A stretch of DNA of 14,749 nt from a virus (taxonomy: Duplodnaviria; Heunggongvirae; Uroviricota; Caudoviricetes): positions 143,772 through 158,520 of IMG/VR virus record IMGVR_UViG_3300042879_003909. One strand, written 5' to 3'. Below, in pieces: positions 13,566 through 14,749 of this stretch. Position 1 is the stretch's first letter. Every line of letters begins with the position of its first letter. Below the pieces are notes generated by a model, which saw only the letters and a program-made list of their open reading frames with translations, had not been told where the DNA came from and ran no database searches. The position numbers were made by a program, and so were the translations under genes.

Positions 13566-13744
13566 TTTTTGCTTACAACCTGACTCCTAATTCGATCTAT
13601 GGCTTGTATCCAGACTTGGCTCCAGACTTGGTCCCCGACTTGGCTCCAGATTTGGCTCCTGACTTGGATCAAGATTTGGTCCCCGACTTGGCTCCTGACT
13701 TGGTTCAAGATTTGGTTCCTGACTTGATTTTTGACAATTTTCAT
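13562..13744 (-). CDS. QVxx tetrad-repeat protein (60 aa)
   Basis: [16 protein letters not shown]...VVSKK; ATGA overlaps at both ends. Confidence 0.75.
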   Translation of the reverse strand: MKIVKNQVRNQILNQVRSQVGDQILIQVRSQIWSQVGDQVWSQVWIQAIDRIRSQVVSKK

Positions 13745-13947
13745 TTTTCGTCCCAGACTTGCTCGCAGATTTGGTTCCTGACTTGGTTCCAGACTTGGTT
13801 CACGACTTGGTATCCGACTTGGCTCCCGACTTGGTTCCCGACTTGGTCCCAGACTTGGCTCCAGACTTGGTCCCCGACTTGGCTCCAGATTTGGCTCCTG
13901 ACTTGGATCAAGACTTGGTCCATGATTTGATTCTTAGTTGTTTTCAT
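13741..13947 (-). CDS. QVxx tetrad-repeat protein (68 aa)
   Basis: [12 protein letters not shown]...QVWDEK; ATGA overlaps at both ends. Confidence 0.75.
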   Translation of the reverse strand: MKTTKNQIMDQVLIQVRSQIWSQVGDQVWSQVWDQVGNQVGSQVGYQVVNQVWNQVRNQICEQVWDEK

Positions 13948-14102
13948 TTCTTGCTCACGATTTGGCTCCCGACTTGGCTCCAGACTTGGCTCCTGACTTG
14001 GTTCAAGATTTGGTCCCCGACTTGGCTCCAGACTTGGCTCCAGACTTGGTATCCGACTTGGCTCACGACTTGGGCCCTGACTTGATTTTTGACAATTTTC
14101 AT
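13944..14102 (-). CDS. QVxx tetrad-repeat protein (52 aa; absent from the ORF track)
   Basis: [52 protein letters not shown]; ATGA overlaps at both ends. Confidence 0.75.
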   Translation of the reverse strand: MKIVKNQVRAQVVSQVGYQVWSQVWSQVGDQILNQVRSQVWSQVGSQIVSKK

Positions 14103-14329
14103 TTTTCGTCCCAGACTTGCTCCCAGATTTGGTTCCTGACTTGGTTCCAGACTTGGTTCACGACTTGGTATCCGACTTGGCTCACGACTTGGGCCCTGAT
14201 TTGATTCCAGACTTGGTTACTGATTTGGTTCCTGACTTGGCTCACGACTTGGCTCACGACTTGGTTACTGACTTGGTTCCAGACTTGATTCATAGCTCGA
14301 TGCCTGACTTGACTGCTGACAGCTTTCAT
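14099..14329 (-). CDS. QVxx tetrad-repeat protein (76 aa)
   Basis: [16 protein letters not shown]...QVWDEK; ATGA overlaps at both ends. Confidence 0.75.
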   Translation of the reverse strand: MKAVSSQVRHRAMNQVWNQVSNQVVSQVVSQVRNQISNQVWNQIRAQVVSQVGYQVVNQVWNQVRNQIWEQVWDEK

Positions 14330-14508
14330 TTTTCGTCCCAGACTTGGCTCCTGACTTGGAACCTGACTTGGCTCCTGACTTGGTCCCAGACTTGGCTCCT
14401 GACTTGGTCCCAGACTTGGTTCCCGACTTGGTTCCAGACTTGGTTCCCGACTTGGTTCCTGACTTTGCTCAAGGCTTGGCTCCAGACTTGGTAAATAAGT
14501 GATTTCAT
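14326..14508 (-). CDS. QVxx tetrad-repeat protein (60 aa)
   Basis: [11 protein letters not shown]...QVWDEK; ATGA overlaps at both ends. Confidence 0.75.
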   Translation of the reverse strand: MKSLIYQVWSQALSKVRNQVGNQVWNQVGNQVWDQVRSQVWDQVRSQVRFQVRSQVWDEK

Positions 14509-14675
14509 TTTTCGTGCCTGACTTGCTTCCAGACTTGGTTCCCGACTTGGTTACTGACTTGGTTCAAGAATTGGTTCCCGACTTGGATCATGACTTGGTA
14601 TCCGACTTGGCTCACGACTTGGGCCCTGACTTGATTCATAGCTCGATGCCTGACTTGACTGCTGACAGCTTTCAT
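14505..14675 (-). CDS. QVxx tetrad-repeat protein (56 aa; absent from the ORF track)
   Basis: [56 protein letters not shown]. Confidence 0.75.
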   Translation of the reverse strand: MKAVSSQVRHRAMNQVRAQVVSQVGYQVMIQVGNQFLNQVSNQVGNQVWKQVRHEK

Positions 14676-14749
14676 TTTTCGTCCCAGACTTGGCTCCTGA
14701 CTTGGAACCTGACTTGGCTCCTGACTTGGTCCCAGACTTGGCTCCTGAC
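14672..14749 (-). CDS. QVxx tetrad-repeat protein, 5' end beyond the window
   Basis: ...[25 protein letters not shown], identical to the end of 14326-14508. Confidence 0.7.
   Translation of the reverse strand, partial: VRSQVWDQVRSQVRFQVRSQVWDEK

Larger units (their letters stand above)
13595..14749. repeat. 12-bp tandem repeat array interrupted by ATGA gene junctions
   Basis: GA(C/T)TTGG-N5 units throughout, broken at each TTTTCATTT junction. Confidence 0.97.

Noticed and set aside
13604-14494. + strand PDL[AV]/WLQT-repeat ORFs (13604, 13759, 13938, 14117; also 5954)
   Set aside because: Stop-free shadows of the repeat. The minus-strand frames have shared heads and tails, ATGA coupling and the orientation of all neighbours
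13595-14749. CRISPR array
   Set aside because: The unit is a 12-bp tandem repeat with a small set of recurring variants and no unique 25-45 bp spacers; it is explained by coupled ORFs
5770-14749. Diversity-generating retroelement behind the repeat variation
   Set aside because: No reverse transcriptase in the window and no template/variable pair differing at adenines; the variation fits tandem recombination

Overview
Segment of a large, AT-rich dsDNA phage genome with almost all genes on the minus strand. From left to right: small membrane-peptide ORFs; a degenerate tRNA, tRNA-Arg(TCT) and a tmRNA; a pyrimidine-dimer-glycosylase-like gene; rIIB and rIIA; an HD deoxynucleotidase coupled to an ABC-ATPase/GNAT fusion; three tiny Gln-Val tetrad-repeat ORFs; a DUF6745-like gene and its usual QGD...QREY partner; an A1S_2505-like gene; a 24-tRNA array (8200-12452) interrupted by two free-standing endonuclease genes, two tRNA remnants and structured spacers; and finally a chain of at least 11 overlapping micro-ORFs, 7 of them built from a 12-bp unit (CAAGTC-N6 = Q-V-x-x). 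The most striking observation is the pair of translationally coupled QVxx micro-ORF arrays. From recall, this same tetrad repeat usually sits inside DUF6745 proteins, and the DUF6745-like gene in this window lacks it. Other highlights are a probable 8/4-fold tRNA-Ser with a Sec-like D-arm, several tRNAs with G55 T-loops, a candidate ~150-nt ncRNA between tRNAs, and an RBS-sequestering hairpin on the HNH gene. All family assignments are by motif recognition and all RNA folds were done by hand; no searches were run.
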